NCBI GenBank assembly: GCA_030141605.1
Contig: JAQGDQ010000910.1
Location: 17,238-81,237, forward strand
Length of the DNA: 64,000 bases
Reading direction: 5' to 3'
DNA from: Tubiluchus corallicola
Taxonomy: Eukaryota > Animalia > Priapulida
Shown: positions 23,917 through 36,662 of the stretch, one piece after another
Position numbering within the stretch: position 1 is the stretch's first letter
How the letters are laid out: every line of letters begins with the position of its first letter
The notes under the pieces: generated by a model
What the model was told of the DNA's origin: nothing
The model's input: the letters and a program-made list of their open reading frames with translations, nothing else
Databases searched by the model: none
Translations under genes and position numbers: made by a program

Positions 23917-25863
23917 TTAGTCCAGCTCCTCGTACTTGCTTTTCTTTTTCTTCTTTTTCTCTGATTTCGGCGTAGACACGTCAGTTTCCCCGTGTCCGTC
24001 CTTGTGACGTTTCTCACCTCCTTCAGGTGTAACCGCATCGCCGGCTGAAAGTAGTCCACTGGAATCGAGATGCTTTTCTTTATGTCTCTTCTCTGATTTT
24101 GGAGTCTCATTTGAGTCTGCAGCTTCCTTGTGTTTTTCTTTATGCTTTTTCTTCGACTTCGGGGTCGTCACGTCAACAGCATCATGAGACTCGTTCAACT
24201 TGTCATGTTTTTCTTTATGCTTCTTCTTTGACTTCGGGGTCGTCACGTCGACAGGATCGTGAGACTCGTTCAACTCCGCATGCTTTTCTTTATGTTTTTT
24301 CTTTTTATGTACCTTGCTGGCAGAAGCGTCCGTACTCGTGTCCAACATACCCTTCTCAACAGTTGCCGTCTCGCTTTCCGACTGCTTGTGTTTCTTCTTT
24401 TTCTTCACCTTTTTCTCCGGCGCTTCGGCAATCACGTCGGAAGTTGTTTCCGTCTTGATTTTTGAAACCGGAGCAACATTTTGCTCGGCGCTACTCGAGC
24501 TGCTCGAGGACGACTTCCTTTTTCTTTTAACGCCAGTAGTCGCTTGGCCGTCTTCTGCTGCTTCCGATTTTGGCTCTGCTGCCGATTTTGGCTCCTCATC
24601 CTCTTTCTTAATTGCCGTGCTGTAATACTCGTACGTATCAGTCCAATCTTTGGGTGTTTTTTCATTGGGTTTACCGTGAGCATCTAATAGACCTTCCTTT
24701 ACCATTTTCTTCTTCATGGTAGCTTTTGGTCCAAGACCCCACTTGCGGGGGTACGTGTCACGCTCCATGATAACTCGTTTGATTTTTGCTACCACTCCGT
24801 GGTCACATGTGCACATTACGGCTGTAGTCATGAGGGCTACGGCCAGGGCGATAGCCTCACCTTTAGTTGTGACGATGACGATTTCTTGATTTAACTCTAT
24901 CCCGTCCTCATATCGGAGAACACCAGGAAGCATAATCTTAGCTCCATAACACACGGCATTCACCGCACTGTCTTTCATTATGATTCGCTTGTGAGAAGTC
25001 AGCAAAGCTTCTAATGGGTTGATTACTCGACGGAGGTACGTTTCGTCTTTGTGGTTATCGTACAGCCACTGTGCGTCCATAATGTCGTGCATTGTCACTA
25101 GATTATCTTTCTCGGAAACAATGCCGGAGCGCACTCGTCGGAGCTCTTGCATTTGTCCACCCACTCCCATTAACAATCCCAGATGTACACACAATGTTCG
25201 TACGTACGTTCCCGCTTCGCAGCTCATCCAAAAAACGCCCATATTTTGCTCACTGTTGAACTGCAGTAATTTGCTTTCATAAATAGTTCGTACACGCAGC
25301 TGCCGCTTCACTGCCGCGATGATGGGAGGTCTTTGAAACAGTGCACCAGTCAATGTTTCAACTGCTTGTGCAACTTTAGCTTCGCTTTCTACAGGACTGT
25401 GAAATCGCACTATAGACACATACTCTTTGCCTGCACTTTGCTGAGATTTTACAAGACGGGTGGCTCTTTCGATACATACAATTAAACAACCCGTAACCTT
25501 CGGATCCAAAGTTCCACTATGGCCAGTTTTTTGTACTCTCAATATTCTTTTTATCCACGAAACAACTTCGTGAGAAGAAGGGTTTGCTGGTTTGTCCAAA
25601 TTACAAAAACCACTTTTAACGTATTCAGAAATATCTCGTTTGAGAGGAGAACATCCAAAGGGTAGCGGAGTGTAATGCATAGATCTGACGTTTAACTTAT
25701 CAAAATTTTTCAACAATAACGGCCACTGCGACGTAGAAAGTGTTACAGGCTTTGTCGAGGGCTCGACTTCAAACTTTCCTTTGTGTTGAAGTTCACCTAA
25801 ATCATCTTTACTGGTTTTATTTGACAATTGAGAACGCGGCGATAAAACCACGTTATTCGCCAT
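23917..25863 (-). CDS. DKC1: Dyskerin / Cbf5, H/ACA RNP pseudouridine synthase, 648 aa, uninterrupted CDS
   Basis: [51 protein letters not shown] (catalytic Asp), PUA domain, [20 protein letters not shown] and a Lys-rich tail. Confidence 0.98.
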   Translation of the reverse strand: MANNVVLSPRSQLSNKTSKDDLGELQHKGKFEVEPSTKPVTLSTSQWPLLLKNFDKLNVRSMHYTPLPFGCSPLKRDISEYVKSGFCNLDKPANPSSHEVVSWIKRILRVQKTGHSGTLDPKVTGCLIVCIERATRLVKSQQSAGKEYVSIVRFHSPVESEAKVAQAVETLTGALFQRPPIIAAVKRQLRVRTIYESKLLQFNSEQNMGVFWMSCEAGTYVRTLCVHLGLLMGVGGQMQELRRVRSGIVSEKDNLVTMHDIMDAQWLYDNHKDETYLRRVINPLEALLTSHKRIIMKDSAVNAVCYGAKIMLPGVLRYEDGIELNQEIVIVTTKGEAIALAVALMTTAVMCTCDHGVVAKIKRVIMERDTYPRKWGLGPKATMKKKMVKEGLLDAHGKPNEKTPKDWTDTYEYYSTAIKKEDEEPKSAAEPKSEAAEDGQATTGVKRKRKSSSSSSSSAEQNVAPVSKIKTETTSDVIAEAPEKKVKKKKKHKQSESETATVEKGMLDTSTDASASKVHKKKKHKEKHAELNESHDPVDVTTPKSKKKHKEKHDKLNESHDAVDVTTPKSKKKHKEKHKEAADSNETPKSEKRHKEKHLDSSGLLSAGDAVTPEGGEKRHKDGHGETDVSTPKSEKKKKKKSKYEELD

Positions 25864-26699
25864 CTCGCCTCATCGAAAAACTCCCAGTGTAAAGACGCAC
25901 TGGAGTAAACTTGCCCACATTTTACACGGCAACCAGGCTTGAACCGGCCAGCCAAAAACAGGCAACCATAACGCCAATTTTGCTTCTCAGTGACTGCACA
26001 AACAAATAACATTTTCAGAATATATAAAAATGGCAAAAAGATTCGCTTTACACACAAGCCTTATTGTTGGAAGCGGAGTAAAACACTAGCCGAAGTAGGA
26101 CAATTACTGATCTAGTAAAGCGGCAACTACTAAATTTGGATTGGATATCAATCTTTTTGAAGTAAAATAAGTCCGCTTTTTAGGCAATTCCAACATCTGC
26201 TTAAGGTATACCTATTTTTTATTTTGTCTCGCTTCACAGACAGGTGATAAGTTTCACTACCTCTTGAACAAATAATTGTTTTCCACTAACGGTAGCTAGT
26301 AAGTAACGAGTAAACAGCCTAGTAAGCTATGTGCCCTACATGGTTTCTCTCTTTAAAGCATTGGGTTCTTTAGGGTTAATATTATGTTGATATTAACGGT
26401 GCTAATAATAATGATGATGATAATATTATTGTAAAAATGCATTTGTAAATTGTCAATGACTATCCATCGTTATTATAAAATTTCTTTTTTTTAAACAAAT
26501 TTAGTTTTTTGTTTTATTATATAATATTTATCAATTCTCGACAGAAATCTTCAATGCCCTACTTTGGCTTCCCATGTATGACACTGCTTTTTTGCGCATG
26601 CATTTTAGCAGAAGTGTCCTACTTCAGCTAGTGGCATACTCTATGCCTACACTTACCTTTTTTGAAAAAGTTTGAAAACTGGTAACTCATTTGTTTCCT

Positions 26700-27244
26700 G
26701 AAAATCCTTATGCAACCAGCACATTAAAAGTCATTCGCAGGACATTACATCCATGTCATCAACATATCAAAGAAAGAGTATATCAAGCCCTGGTCAGATC
26801 CAAACTAAAATAAGGCATTGCAGTCTGGAACATATACACAATCACTGACATCAAGCGCATTGAGCAAGTCCAGTGAAATGCAGCACTTAGTACGAAATGA
26901 ATATACCAGAAATGCTGATCTATCTAGGGTGATCTCCGAACTTGGGTGGGAAACTAGAGATTAGACGACCACAAATGATACTAAATGCCTTTCATGATAT
27001 AGTGGATCACAGGGTAGGTATAAATTTACCAACTTACATCACACCATCTCTCAAAGATAACAACAAATTTGTTCATCCATCAGCAGGAGTCAATATTTAT
27101 TTATACTCCTACCCCAGAGTAATACGTTTGTGGAACAAACTTACACTGGATATTAGAGAAATCACTTCTAGAAATCACTTTCGAATACTAGGTGCCTCTG
27201 CTGTTTCTACCATGATGGTACCATCCCACATAACCTGTCTGTAA
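26700..27244 (+). mobile_element. CR1-like LINE 3' remnant between DKC1 and glycogen synthase
   Basis: Interrupted translation KERVYQALVRSKL, DIKRIEQVQ*NAA, YSYPRVIRLWNKL. Confidence 0.7.
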
Positions 27245-27766
27245 ATCTAACTGTGGTTTTGGTCCACAACCACCATGTTTGTTTTGCTTGTTTCACCTCT
27301 TTGTCATAACCTCTAATACCATCACCAGTTAGCAAGTTGCAGCCTGTATGCTAACCATGTGCACGCCAAGATTTCTAGTATGTCGTCAGAGACTTTTTAG
27401 AAATATATTATTCAAGACTTCAAAAACATCTGCTTTGACAAACAATTTAATATAATTTTTATTCATTTTAGAAATATTACATTACAAAATATAATGATAT
27501 TCAGCATCTACTTCATGACAAGCATTACATTTACTCTCATTCTAACTTCATTATCATCAATTATCGCATTAAAAGGCTGATACCGTCGTATTGTATTTAT
27601 GGACCACAACGTTGTTTTGGTGCGGACTGTAAATTAGCATTTTGGTGCGGGGCAAAACCGGTGTAAGGTTCCATATTTGCGTTAACGGCGCCGTTGAAGG
27701 TTAACATCGTGAAAATTTAAAAGTAAACGAGTTTAAGCTTTGTGTAAGTGCTGTAAAAACGAAATC

Positions 27767-29899
27767 ATGACGGATCCTGCACGGACTTTAAGGGGCTTAG
27801 ATCCCAAGTTTAAAGATTATACTCCGATGGATCGTGGTTTGTCTGCGATGGCAGAGAATCGTTGGTCATTTGAAGTTGCTTGGGAAGTGGCCAATAAAGT
27901 TGGTGGCATATACACAGTGATACGCACCAAAGCAGCTGTTAGTATGGAAGAGTTAGGAGATCGCTATTGCCTTATAGGACCGTATAATGATGCTTGTGTT
28001 AGGACAGAAGTTGAAATTATTCAACCAGATGACACTATAATGCTCAAATGTATTAGAAAAATGAATGATTACGGGTTTAAGTGTTTCTATGGTCGCTGGC
28101 TCATCGATGGCTATCCTCAAGTGGTGCTTTTTGATATCGGTTCTGCAGCTTGGAAACTTGATGAATGGAAGAAGGAATTTTGGGAAGCAGCGAAAGTCGG
28201 TATTCCGTGGCAGGATAGGGAGTCGAATGATGCCATTATTTTTGGCTTTCTAGTTGCCGCCTTTCTTGGCGAGTTCAGCGCTCGTTCTCAGGATGAAACG
28301 GAGTCGCGACCGTTAATCACTGCCCATTTTCACGAGTGGCTATCCAGTGTGGGACTTATCATGTCTCGTGCAAGACGATACGATGTAGCTACAATCTTCA
28401 CAACTCACGCTACGCTACTGGGACGCTATCTCTGTGCCGGATCGGCGGATTTCTACAATCACATAAGCTCCTTTGATTTAGACAAGGAAGCGGGCGAGCG
28501 CGGTATTTATCATCGCTATTGCATGGAGCGTGCCGCGTCGCACGTTTGTCACCAGTTTACCACGGTTAGCGACATTACGGGATACGAAGCCGAACATTTG
28601 CTGCAGAGAAAGCCCGATATAATCACGCCAAACGGTCTGAATGTCATAAAGTTTGCCGCTCTTCACGAGTTTCAGAATCTGCATGCTATTTCAAAGGATA
28701 AAATAAACGACTTTATTAGAGGTCATTTTTACGGGCACCACAATTTTAATTTGGACAAAACTATCTACTTCTTCATTGCTGGAAGATACGAGTTTACGAA
28801 CAAAGGGGCGGACGTTTTCATAGAATCTTTGTCTAGATTGAATCACTATCTCAAATCGGCCAGTAGCGAAGTAACGGTCATTGCTTTTCTTATCTTTCCT
28901 GCGAGAACAAATAATTTCAACGTCGAATCGCTACGAGGGCAGGCCATCGTCAAGTCCTTGAAAGATACCGTTCAGAGCATCAAAGAGAAGATCGGTCACC
29001 GCATGTTTGATATTTGCTTGAGCGGTTCCGTGCCGACGGGCGAAGACATCTTGAAGACCGAGGATGTCGTGAAGTTGAAGCGCTGTATGTTTGCGGCGCA
29101 GAGGAGCTCGCTTCCGCCAATATGCACGCATAATATGGCCGACGATTTGAACGATCCGGTGTTGAGCAACATTCGCCGTTGCCAGATGTTTAACAACAGA
29201 AACGACAGGGTCAAAGTTGTTTTCCACCCGGAGTTCTTGTCGTCCACTAGTCCGCTGCTAGGTCTGGATTATGAAGAGTTTGTCAGGGGTTGTCATCTGG
29301 GAGTCTTCCCGTCGTATTACGAACCCTGGGGTTACACGCCCGCCGAATGTACCGTCATGGGCATTCCGTCGATATCCACAAACTTGTCCGGATTCGGATG
29401 CTTCATGCAGGAGCACGTGGCCGATCCGCAAAGCTACGGAATCTACATCGTCGACCGGCGTTTCAAGACGTCCGAGGAATCCATCCGCCAGATGGCGCAG
29501 ATGATGTACGACTTCACTTGTCTGAGCCGCCGTCAGCGCATCATACAGAGGAACCGCACGGAGCGACTCTCCGAGCTGCTGGATTGGCAGAATCTCGGCA
29601 CGTACTACCGACGCGTTCGCAGGATGGCGCTGAAGGAAGTCTATCCGGAGTTTTTCCTGGAGGAAAGCGATCGGATATCGGTCACCAGCTTGAGATACAA
29701 GTTTCCACGCCCGCCGTCGGCGCTCCCGTCCCCGACGAGCTCAAGAACGTCGACGCCTCCGCCGTCGGATGGAGAGAATAATGAAGAAGAAGAAGATGAA
29801 GACGATTCTGGAGGTTTGGTGTTCAAGCCGTCAACGACGCCAGATGTTGATGAGGTTTATGAAAATGAAATTATGTCGGCTAGAGATGATACTAATTAA
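27767..29899 (+). CDS. GYS: Glycogen synthase (GT3), 710 aa from first ATG, uninterrupted CDS
   Basis: [37 protein letters not shown] (E-X7-E), Arg cluster [15 protein letters not shown] and GSK3-type SXXXS ladder [20 protein letters not shown]. Confidence 0.98.
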   Translation: MTDPARTLRGLDPKFKDYTPMDRGLSAMAENRWSFEVAWEVANKVGGIYTVIRTKAAVSMEELGDRYCLIGPYNDACVRTEVEIIQPDDTIMLKCIRKMNDYGFKCFYGRWLIDGYPQVVLFDIGSAAWKLDEWKKEFWEAAKVGIPWQDRESNDAIIFGFLVAAFLGEFSARSQDETESRPLITAHFHEWLSSVGLIMSRARRYDVATIFTTHATLLGRYLCAGSADFYNHISSFDLDKEAGERGIYHRYCMERAASHVCHQFTTVSDITGYEAEHLLQRKPDIITPNGLNVIKFAALHEFQNLHAISKDKINDFIRGHFYGHHNFNLDKTIYFFIAGRYEFTNKGADVFIESLSRLNHYLKSASSEVTVIAFLIFPARTNNFNVESLRGQAIVKSLKDTVQSIKEKIGHRMFDICLSGSVPTGEDILKTEDVVKLKRCMFAAQRSSLPPICTHNMADDLNDPVLSNIRRCQMFNNRNDRVKVVFHPEFLSSTSPLLGLDYEEFVRGCHLGVFPSYYEPWGYTPAECTVMGIPSISTNLSGFGCFMQEHVADPQSYGIYIVDRRFKTSEESIRQMAQMMYDFTCLSRRQRIIQRNRTERLSELLDWQNLGTYYRRVRRMALKEVYPEFFLEESDRISVTSLRYKFPRPPSALPSPTSSRTSTPPPSDGENNEEEEDEDDSGGLVFKPSTTPDVDEVYENEIMSARDDTN

Positions 29900-30049
29900 T
29901 TAGCTAGCCCCGTTAGCATCATTATTTGCATGTAGATTAAGTAGGGATGTTTATCGTGTTTTTAAATTTATTCTGCTCTCTGTTCACTTTACACAACTTG
30001 TCATCACACTGTAGCCTCCGTTGTTTACCACATGCACAAAAATGTTATT

Positions 30050-30541
30050 CTTCTTCTTCCCAGCTTTCCCCTATGTGGGGTCGCCGTTGTGAATGAGTCT
30101 TCTCCACGCATTCCTGTGGTTGACCATCTCTTCATTTATGTCTTCCCTTCCCACATGATCCTCACTGACTCTTCTTTTCAGGTGTCCATACCATCGCAAT
30201 CTTGTGAGGCTTCCACTACTTTTACTGTTCCTCTGATATTATCATTTCTAATTTTATCTCTTCTTGTTATTCCCACCATCCATCTCAACATCCTCATCTC
30301 CACCACACCCATTTTCTTCTCTTCGGTCTTCTTTAGAGAAGCTGCTTCCAGCCCATAGATTAGAGCGGGTCTGACCACTTCTTTGTGGACTTTACCTTTA
30401 AGTCTCACCGACTCATTCATAGGAGGTTTTGGCGCAGTTTTTACAGGCGGATGCCCTTCTTGACCCTAACCCTCCCTATTTATCCGGGCTTGGGACCGGC
30501 ACTGAGTTGGGCTGGCTTGCCCCCCCCCCAGTAGCTAGGTT
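30050..30541 (-). mobile_element. Short internally deleted RTE derivative (5'UTR fused to ORF 3' end, (AAG)n tail)
   Basis: 18-bp TSD ATGCACAAAAATGTTATT at 30032-30049 and 30542-30559; peptide VRLKGKVHKEVVRPALIYGLEA...EMRMLRWMVGITRRDKIRND. Confidence 0.9.
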
Positions 30542-30546
30542 ATGCA
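30465..30546 (-). ncRNA. Twister self-cleaving ribozyme (type P1) at the 5' end of the RTE derivative; predicted cleavage between 30542 and 30541
   Basis: Minus strand U|AA CCUA GC U ACUG...CAGU G CCGG UCCCAAGC CCGG AUAAA UAGG GAGGG matches the twister consensus: P2 CCUA/UAGG, P3 ACUG/CAGU, P4 CCGG/CCGG and both pseudoknot partners. Confidence 0.88.
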
Positions 30547-31426
30547 CAAAAATGTTATTAAGAGATTTTTTACCGGGATATTTAATTGTAAACTGATTGT
30601 CAACTTAGCTTGCCATAGATTACCACTCCGAATGTAATTTAGTCAGAATTAAGCTACCTCATTTTTGCTAATATAGAAAGGTGCAGGTTGAAAAATTAAA
30701 TGGTTTACTTACAGTCTAGGTAGTATTTAAGTATGTATTTTTGCGGTACTCATTTAGGAAAACTAAATACAGTTTTTGCAGTACATAATGTAGTGCTTAT
30801 GTAGTAGCATGGATTTTGTACCACGACGTACGCGAACGTTTGCTATAGATTACAGCTACTTTCGTAGGTATTTTGTGCAACTGTGGTTGAATCGATGCTC
30901 AAAAATATGTGTCAAAGGCCCTCTACTGGCCTAACTTGAGAACTGTCTGTCGTGTGTGCTAGTAGATTGTCTGATGGTACGTAGATATGTTAAAGAAGAG
31001 TTTTCTTTACCGTATTTAACCGATTGACCTATCTTTGAACTTATTAAATTATCCGCTTGCATTTAGCTTAAATTCTTGTGAGATTAAAGTAGCAGTATTC
31101 TGTAATGTTTGTTGTGTAAGCCCGGTAGATGGTACTGTAGTGCAAGCAAAATGAAGTTGCAATGCTATTTATCAACACCATTAGTGAACAGATTAAAAAT
31201 AAGGTACAAAAGTGTTAAGTATGCTGTTGTTACTAGCTGAATGATTATGCTGCGTGTTGATAAGTTTTGTTTTATAAACTTACATGTTTAGCGTTACATT
31301 TTTGTCATTTTCGTTACCTTGTTAAGTATCTTGTGCTAAGTTATACGATAATCACATTTTTTGTGCAAACTTAAATTAATACTAGAACTTCTAAGCGCTA
31401 TTACTTGTTAAGTTTGTGTTCTGTGT

Positions 31427-31432
31427 AATAAA
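31427..31432 (+). terminator. Candidate polyadenylation signal of glycogen synthase
   Basis: AATAAA followed by a T-rich tract after ~1.5 kb of 3'UTR-like sequence. Confidence 0.35.
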
Positions 31433-31448
31433 GATACGAATGTAGTTA

Positions 31449-31766
31449 AATAGCAAATTATATCGTTTTTTATTTCTTTGCGCACATCTGCCTAATATGG
31501 TTTAGGAAGTCAACCCGTTTCTTGAACACTAAGCAACTTTGCTTCCGATGAGTATTTGTATGGGTGACAGGAGGTCTGTGTTTAAGAATTTAACCATTTT
31601 TTTTGAATAGCAAATTATATCGTTTTTTATTTCTTCGCACACGTCTACCTAATACGATTTAGGAAGTCAACCCGTTTCTTGAGCACTAAGCAACTTTGCT
31701 TCCGATGAGTATTTGTATGGGTGACAGGAGGTCTGTGTTTGAGCATTAAACATTTTTTTGAATAGC
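31449..31766. repeat. ~157-bp direct tandem duplication
   Basis: AATAGCAAATTATATCG... starts at 31449 and 31606. Confidence 0.9.
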
Positions 31767-33659
31767 GTGTTTCGCCAAACTCTTGTGTGCATGCGACTTA
31801 CTGTCTAAACGTATCCTTCTCTTTTGAAAAAGCAAGAAATTATGTTTTTACTGAAATTCTTTTGCTTGAAAGTGCATTTGGTCATCAAGAATAATTACGG
31901 CTGTAAAAATCGGACGTATTTAGAAAGGTTGACATTGCAGTCTGACCACATGCAGTTTGACCATGCTTGAATTAAGCAGACATCGTGGAGATCTTATTAT
32001 TATTATTGTGAGTTTATTTCGTATAAAAATATACAGTTTACAAAGATAAAGATGTTGGTAAAACAGGTAATACAATGTTAGTAAAGTAACATCTACAGAC
32101 ATTCAACTTTATAATAACCACACATTGTAGTTCCCTTGTAATTATATTACAGTATACAGTGTTGTAAGAAGCTGTAATAGATATCTTAAAACAAAATCTT
32201 TAAATGAGTTCTTAACCTTTAATTTTACATTTTCATTTAGATCTACAGTACAACCATATTTAAATCTTAAATTTACTTGACTGTTATTTAATTAGTAGCA
32301 TAGCTTTGGAATTCTCAATGTGCAAGAGTTTACAGTTTAATTTTCGACTATCTATACTTATTGAAGTATATAAAGTATTAACTAGAAAAGAAAAAAATTG
32401 CTGGACAATTCTTTCATTTAGTCGTTGATTCTAAAACTAGGGGACATGGTTTAAAACTGTTTAAAGAGCGGTCATGTCTTGACGTTCGTAAATTTATTTT
32501 CATGTGTTGACATTCACTTTCTGTGAGAGTTGTGAATTAAACAGAATATTTTGCTTGTCTTGGTGATTACCGTGCCAACCCCTGTAAAGTTTAAATCCTT
32601 AATCGACAGTTATTTGTGAAAAAAAATGGGGTTTCTATGAGTGTACTCGCTTAACCTCTAATCATGACACCAACACAGTAAAATGCATTCAAAATATTAA
32701 ATAATTTTCTCAGGAAGACGTTCAGCTAGAAACTTGGTATTCCACCTTTGTTAATGGATAAATGTTACATAGTGGATTGTTGAAGGAGCAAAATTTTGAT
32801 TAATTACCCAGTTTATTGTTAATTATTGGTTAATTCAGTTAATGAGATGTGTCCAATCTAGTCATAACCATTTTCCTTGAGTAAGCTTTGCTTTTCAATT
32901 ATAGATCCTGTCTTGCTAAAATGAAAAAATGTTGATATTAATGCAATAATTAATTCTTAACAAATGACAGTCGGACAAGTGCAGCACATAATCAACACGT
33001 TACTTTTTACAATAAAATCAAGATTTTTGAAGTGAATTACTGTAGTGTATTTTGTTTTCGTTACTAGATGGAGCCACCATGAAACAATGCGCTCCGTTGT
33101 ACACGTTGCAGGAAACAGTTATTTTTTTGCATGCGTGCTTTGCTTTGTGCAAGTAATAATAATTGTTATCTTGAGTTAGGAGGTAAGTGTTAACGCCGAG
33201 TACGCCGTGGTTACTTTGCTTGTAAAGAATTGTCTTTGGTGGTTCATTCCGTTTACGTTTTACATGCATGCCGGTCGTAAAGTTGCAACGTGGTATCATA
33301 CTATACACGGTAGATTGATGATTATCGAATTCTCGATCTGCTTAAATAATAAATTATGACGTACAATAAATTTTATGGGTTGTCTGATTTCACTTGGTCA
33401 TAATTATGATTAAAGGGTGTAAACTAGCGTTGTAAATATAGTCAATGTTCACATTGTTCGGTAGGCTTACTCTGCAGGGTGATATGGACTAGATTATATA
33501 GATTTTATTCAGAACAGTTTATGGTGCTCCCTATAAAAATAATAGTATCTTTTCACTTTCAGTAGATAGTGCAGCGTAAGAAGTTTATAACGGCACTATA
33601 AGACATGCTGATGTAGATGAGATCACAAAATTTGTAGTGCTGCTGTAGAATAAAGAAAA

Positions 33660-34283
33660 ATGTATAAAAAGAACTTCGTCTGCGTGTTATTCTGTGCTTG
33701 CTTATGGCTCTCTAATGGGAATTTTCTAAACGATGTTTCGAACACGGTTCACAAAGTTTCGAAAGTCGTAAACCGTGGTATTAACACGTTCACCGGCAGT
33801 GATTACAGAAGTCTTAAAACATTTAGTTGGAAAAACTGCGGAAGTCAAGCCGATCCAATCGTCTTGAAGAATATCACCGTTTCGCCTGATCCCGTGAAGA
33901 TTCCCGGCGTTGCCAAGGTCTCGTTTGCGGGTCTTGTTGGCATGACCCTGGATAGTCCGTTGAAAATGGAACTGGAGGTCAAGAAAAAGGAAATTATCTG
34001 GATAGAAATACCTTGCATTGACGATGTGGGATCTTGTACGTATGACGACATTTGCACCAAACTACCCCCGCCTACATGCCCACCCCCATTTGAGAAGTAC
34101 GGCATTCCATGTCAATGTCCAGTCAAGGCAAACACGTACAACTTGCCGATGAGTGATATAGAAATCCCGGATGCAGGCATCCCGTCTTTCCTGGAGGATG
34201 GTGATTTTTGGATTCGGGCAAAGTTTAGCATGAATGGGAAGCAGATGGGGTGCTATGAGTTTAACTTCTCTGTGACAAGTTAA
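33660..34283 (+). CDS. GM2A: Ganglioside GM2 activator-like lipid-binding protein (ML fold), 207 aa, uninterrupted CDS
   Basis: Signal peptide; FSWKNCG, VSPDPVKIPG, IPCIDDVGSCTYDDIC, CPPPFEKYGIPCQCP; AATAAA shortly after the stop. Confidence 0.93.
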   Translation: MYKKNFVCVLFCACLWLSNGNFLNDVSNTVHKVSKVVNRGINTFTGSDYRSLKTFSWKNCGSQADPIVLKNITVSPDPVKIPGVAKVSFAGLVGMTLDSPLKMELEVKKKEIIWIEIPCIDDVGSCTYDDICTKLPPPTCPPPFEKYGIPCQCPVKANTYNLPMSDIEIPDAGIPSFLEDGDFWIRAKFSMNGKQMGCYEFNFSVTS

Positions 34284-34404
34284 AATTGGTGCTTTCAGTA
34301 AATGGCAATAATGGCTACACAGCATGAATAATAAAGCATTATCACTTTAAATATTACATCTTTGATAAAAAAGCATAATACCAGTTTTACATTTTTGTAC
34401 TTAA

Positions 34405-35303
34405 AGGAAAGAACAAGTAACTCAGTGTATTGGGTTTATTTTACTGTTATCACTTGAACTGTTTGTGGTGTGTTAAAGGAAAGGAAAAGTCACTTAGTAT
34501 GTTGGGTTTATTTTACTGTTATCACTTGAACTGTTTGTGGTGTGTTAGAGGAAAGAAGAAGTCACTCAGTATGTTGGCTTTATTTTACTGTTATCACTCA
34601 CTTAAACTGTTTGTGGTGTGTTAGAGGAAAGAACAAGTCACTCGGTGTGTTGGGTTTATTTTACTGTTATCACTTAAAGTGTTTGTGGTGTGCTAGAGGA
34701 AAGAACAAGTCACTCGGTGTGTTGGGTTTATTTTAATGTTATCACTTAAACTGTTTGTGGTGTGCTAGAGGAAAGAACAAGTTACTCAGTATGGTGGGTT
34801 TATTTTACTGTTATCACTTAAACTGTTTGTGGTGTGCTAGATGAAAGAACAAGTTACTCAGTATGTTGGATTTATTTTAATGTTATCGCTTTAACCCAGG
34901 TGTGGTGGTTGCCGCCATTCACTTGAAAGTCGTGACGCAACTGCGAGACTTCTTGAGTTTTCGTAAACTTGCGCTGCTTGAACTAATTCAAACTTCCGTA
35001 GCTTATTTAATATTTACCAATATATAATAGGCAAAAATATTACAAATTAGCTATCTAATTTTTCTGTAAAAACTAACAACACTTTTGACGAAGATTGACA
35101 GTGCACTACTTTTCTTCAAGACGAATGACGTTCATTGGAAGAAGAATGGTCGTTGAAAATGGGAGCGCCCAAGCATGAAGGTGATCGCGACTTAAAGTGA
35201 GTTAGTTACAGGAGGCGCTTATTGCAGTTTTATACTAAATATTTCTTACATTTTTTGTGAACATTGAAATAAGCCTAACTTCCCAGAAGACTTGACTTCT
35301 CCT
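34405..35303. mobile_element. Kolobok-like element (family C) whose left 72 bp are repeated ~7 times
   Basis: TTAA flanks; termini AGGAAAGAACAAGT and reverse complement AGGAGAAGTCAAGT; array ~34405-34895. Confidence 0.65.
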
Positions 35304-35714
35304 TTAATTCCGTCTTATGGCCGTCTTATTATATTCTATGTGGCCTAATTATAGCTCTATGAAATAAAGTGTGATATGAGGCAATTTCATTTAATTACGT
35401 GATTAAAAAGATGCCCTAGTGACCTCTGAAAACAACAATCAGTTATTTTAATAGAATTCATATGAAAAATTGGCTAAGAAATTATGAAAATTACCTTACA
35501 TGTGTACAAGTTGACCCTTATGTACAAGTCGATGTGCATTTTAAGAGCAAACATTCCATCATTTTATATATTACCTGTGTACAAGTCGACCATAAAATAT
35601 TAAGATCTTCCTGAGTAAATAAAGTCAACAATGGCCGAGTAATAAGTCAATATCCTACTGTGTTAGTCTGTAAGATACGTGCAAGTGCCTGGGCCGACTA
35701 TATTATACCTACCC

Positions 35715-35757
<43 letters not shown>

Positions 35758-36442
35758 TCATGTTGAGGGCCCTCAATGCAATCCATGATAATGCAGCCTG
35801 TGGCCCGCAGGAATTGCGGGAAAGTTTAATGTGGCCCGGCTAGTCAGATAATTTGCACACCCCTGACTTATGGCTATTATACACCCCTGATATATAGTGT
35901 ATACTATAGTATTAATTTGTAGTATGTAATACTTATTATAGTAAGTATCAGTGAATAAAATTGTAGTTACTTGTTTAATGAATGAATAACCATGATATTG
36001 GTTTACGATGAAAGTAAGTTCTATATTTTAATTTTAATTTTTAACGTGCACAACTATATATGATTACCCGAGTAGCAACTATGGCGAAATTCATTATTGT
36101 ACATTATTTTCCAAAATCATGAAACTTGCATTATTGCACAATGAAGTGTTACAAGTGCCTTACAGTTCGTGTAATCTTGACGTACGTTGTACTTGGCAGC
36201 AGTGACAATCATGTACACTTATCGCACTGACTATTTTTGGATCGGAATTTTCATCATTTTGTGAATAAAATTGATAATGTTAATAAAAATGTTTACGAAG
36301 GTTTTTGTATGTACGGTGTATGGATGAAAATCCATCACAGACCAAAGCCTAAAGATTTAAAAAACTGAAAACATTAATTAGGGAAAACTGCTCAGTCCAA
36401 TGTTATTAGATCATACAATTATTTGGTGTTATATCGCGGTGT

Positions 36443-36662
36443 AACTAATCGCCGATAGATGGCAGCACCAAGCAATTAGGTCGTGAACACGACAGCAGAA
36501 GTGTGCGTCTGTAAGCGGTGAATTATTACTGTAGCAGCTAAAATGTTTTTACAACTAATCGCCGATAGATGGCAGCACCAAGCAATTAGGTCGTGAACAC
36601 GACAGCAGAAGTGTGCGTCTGTAAGCGGTGAATTATTACTGTAGCAGCTAAAATGTTTTTAC
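36443..36662. repeat. Exact 110-bp tandem duplication
   Basis: AACTAATCGCCGATAGATGGCAGCACC... starts at 36443 and 36553. Confidence 0.92.

Noticed and set aside
27740-27766. ORF-track start of glycogen synthase
   Set aside because: It is a TTG; the first ATG in good context is at 27767
23917-29899. Horizontal transfer or contamination as the cause of intronless DKC1 and GYS
   Set aside because: Both proteins are animal-like and embedded among the same repeat families as the rest of the window
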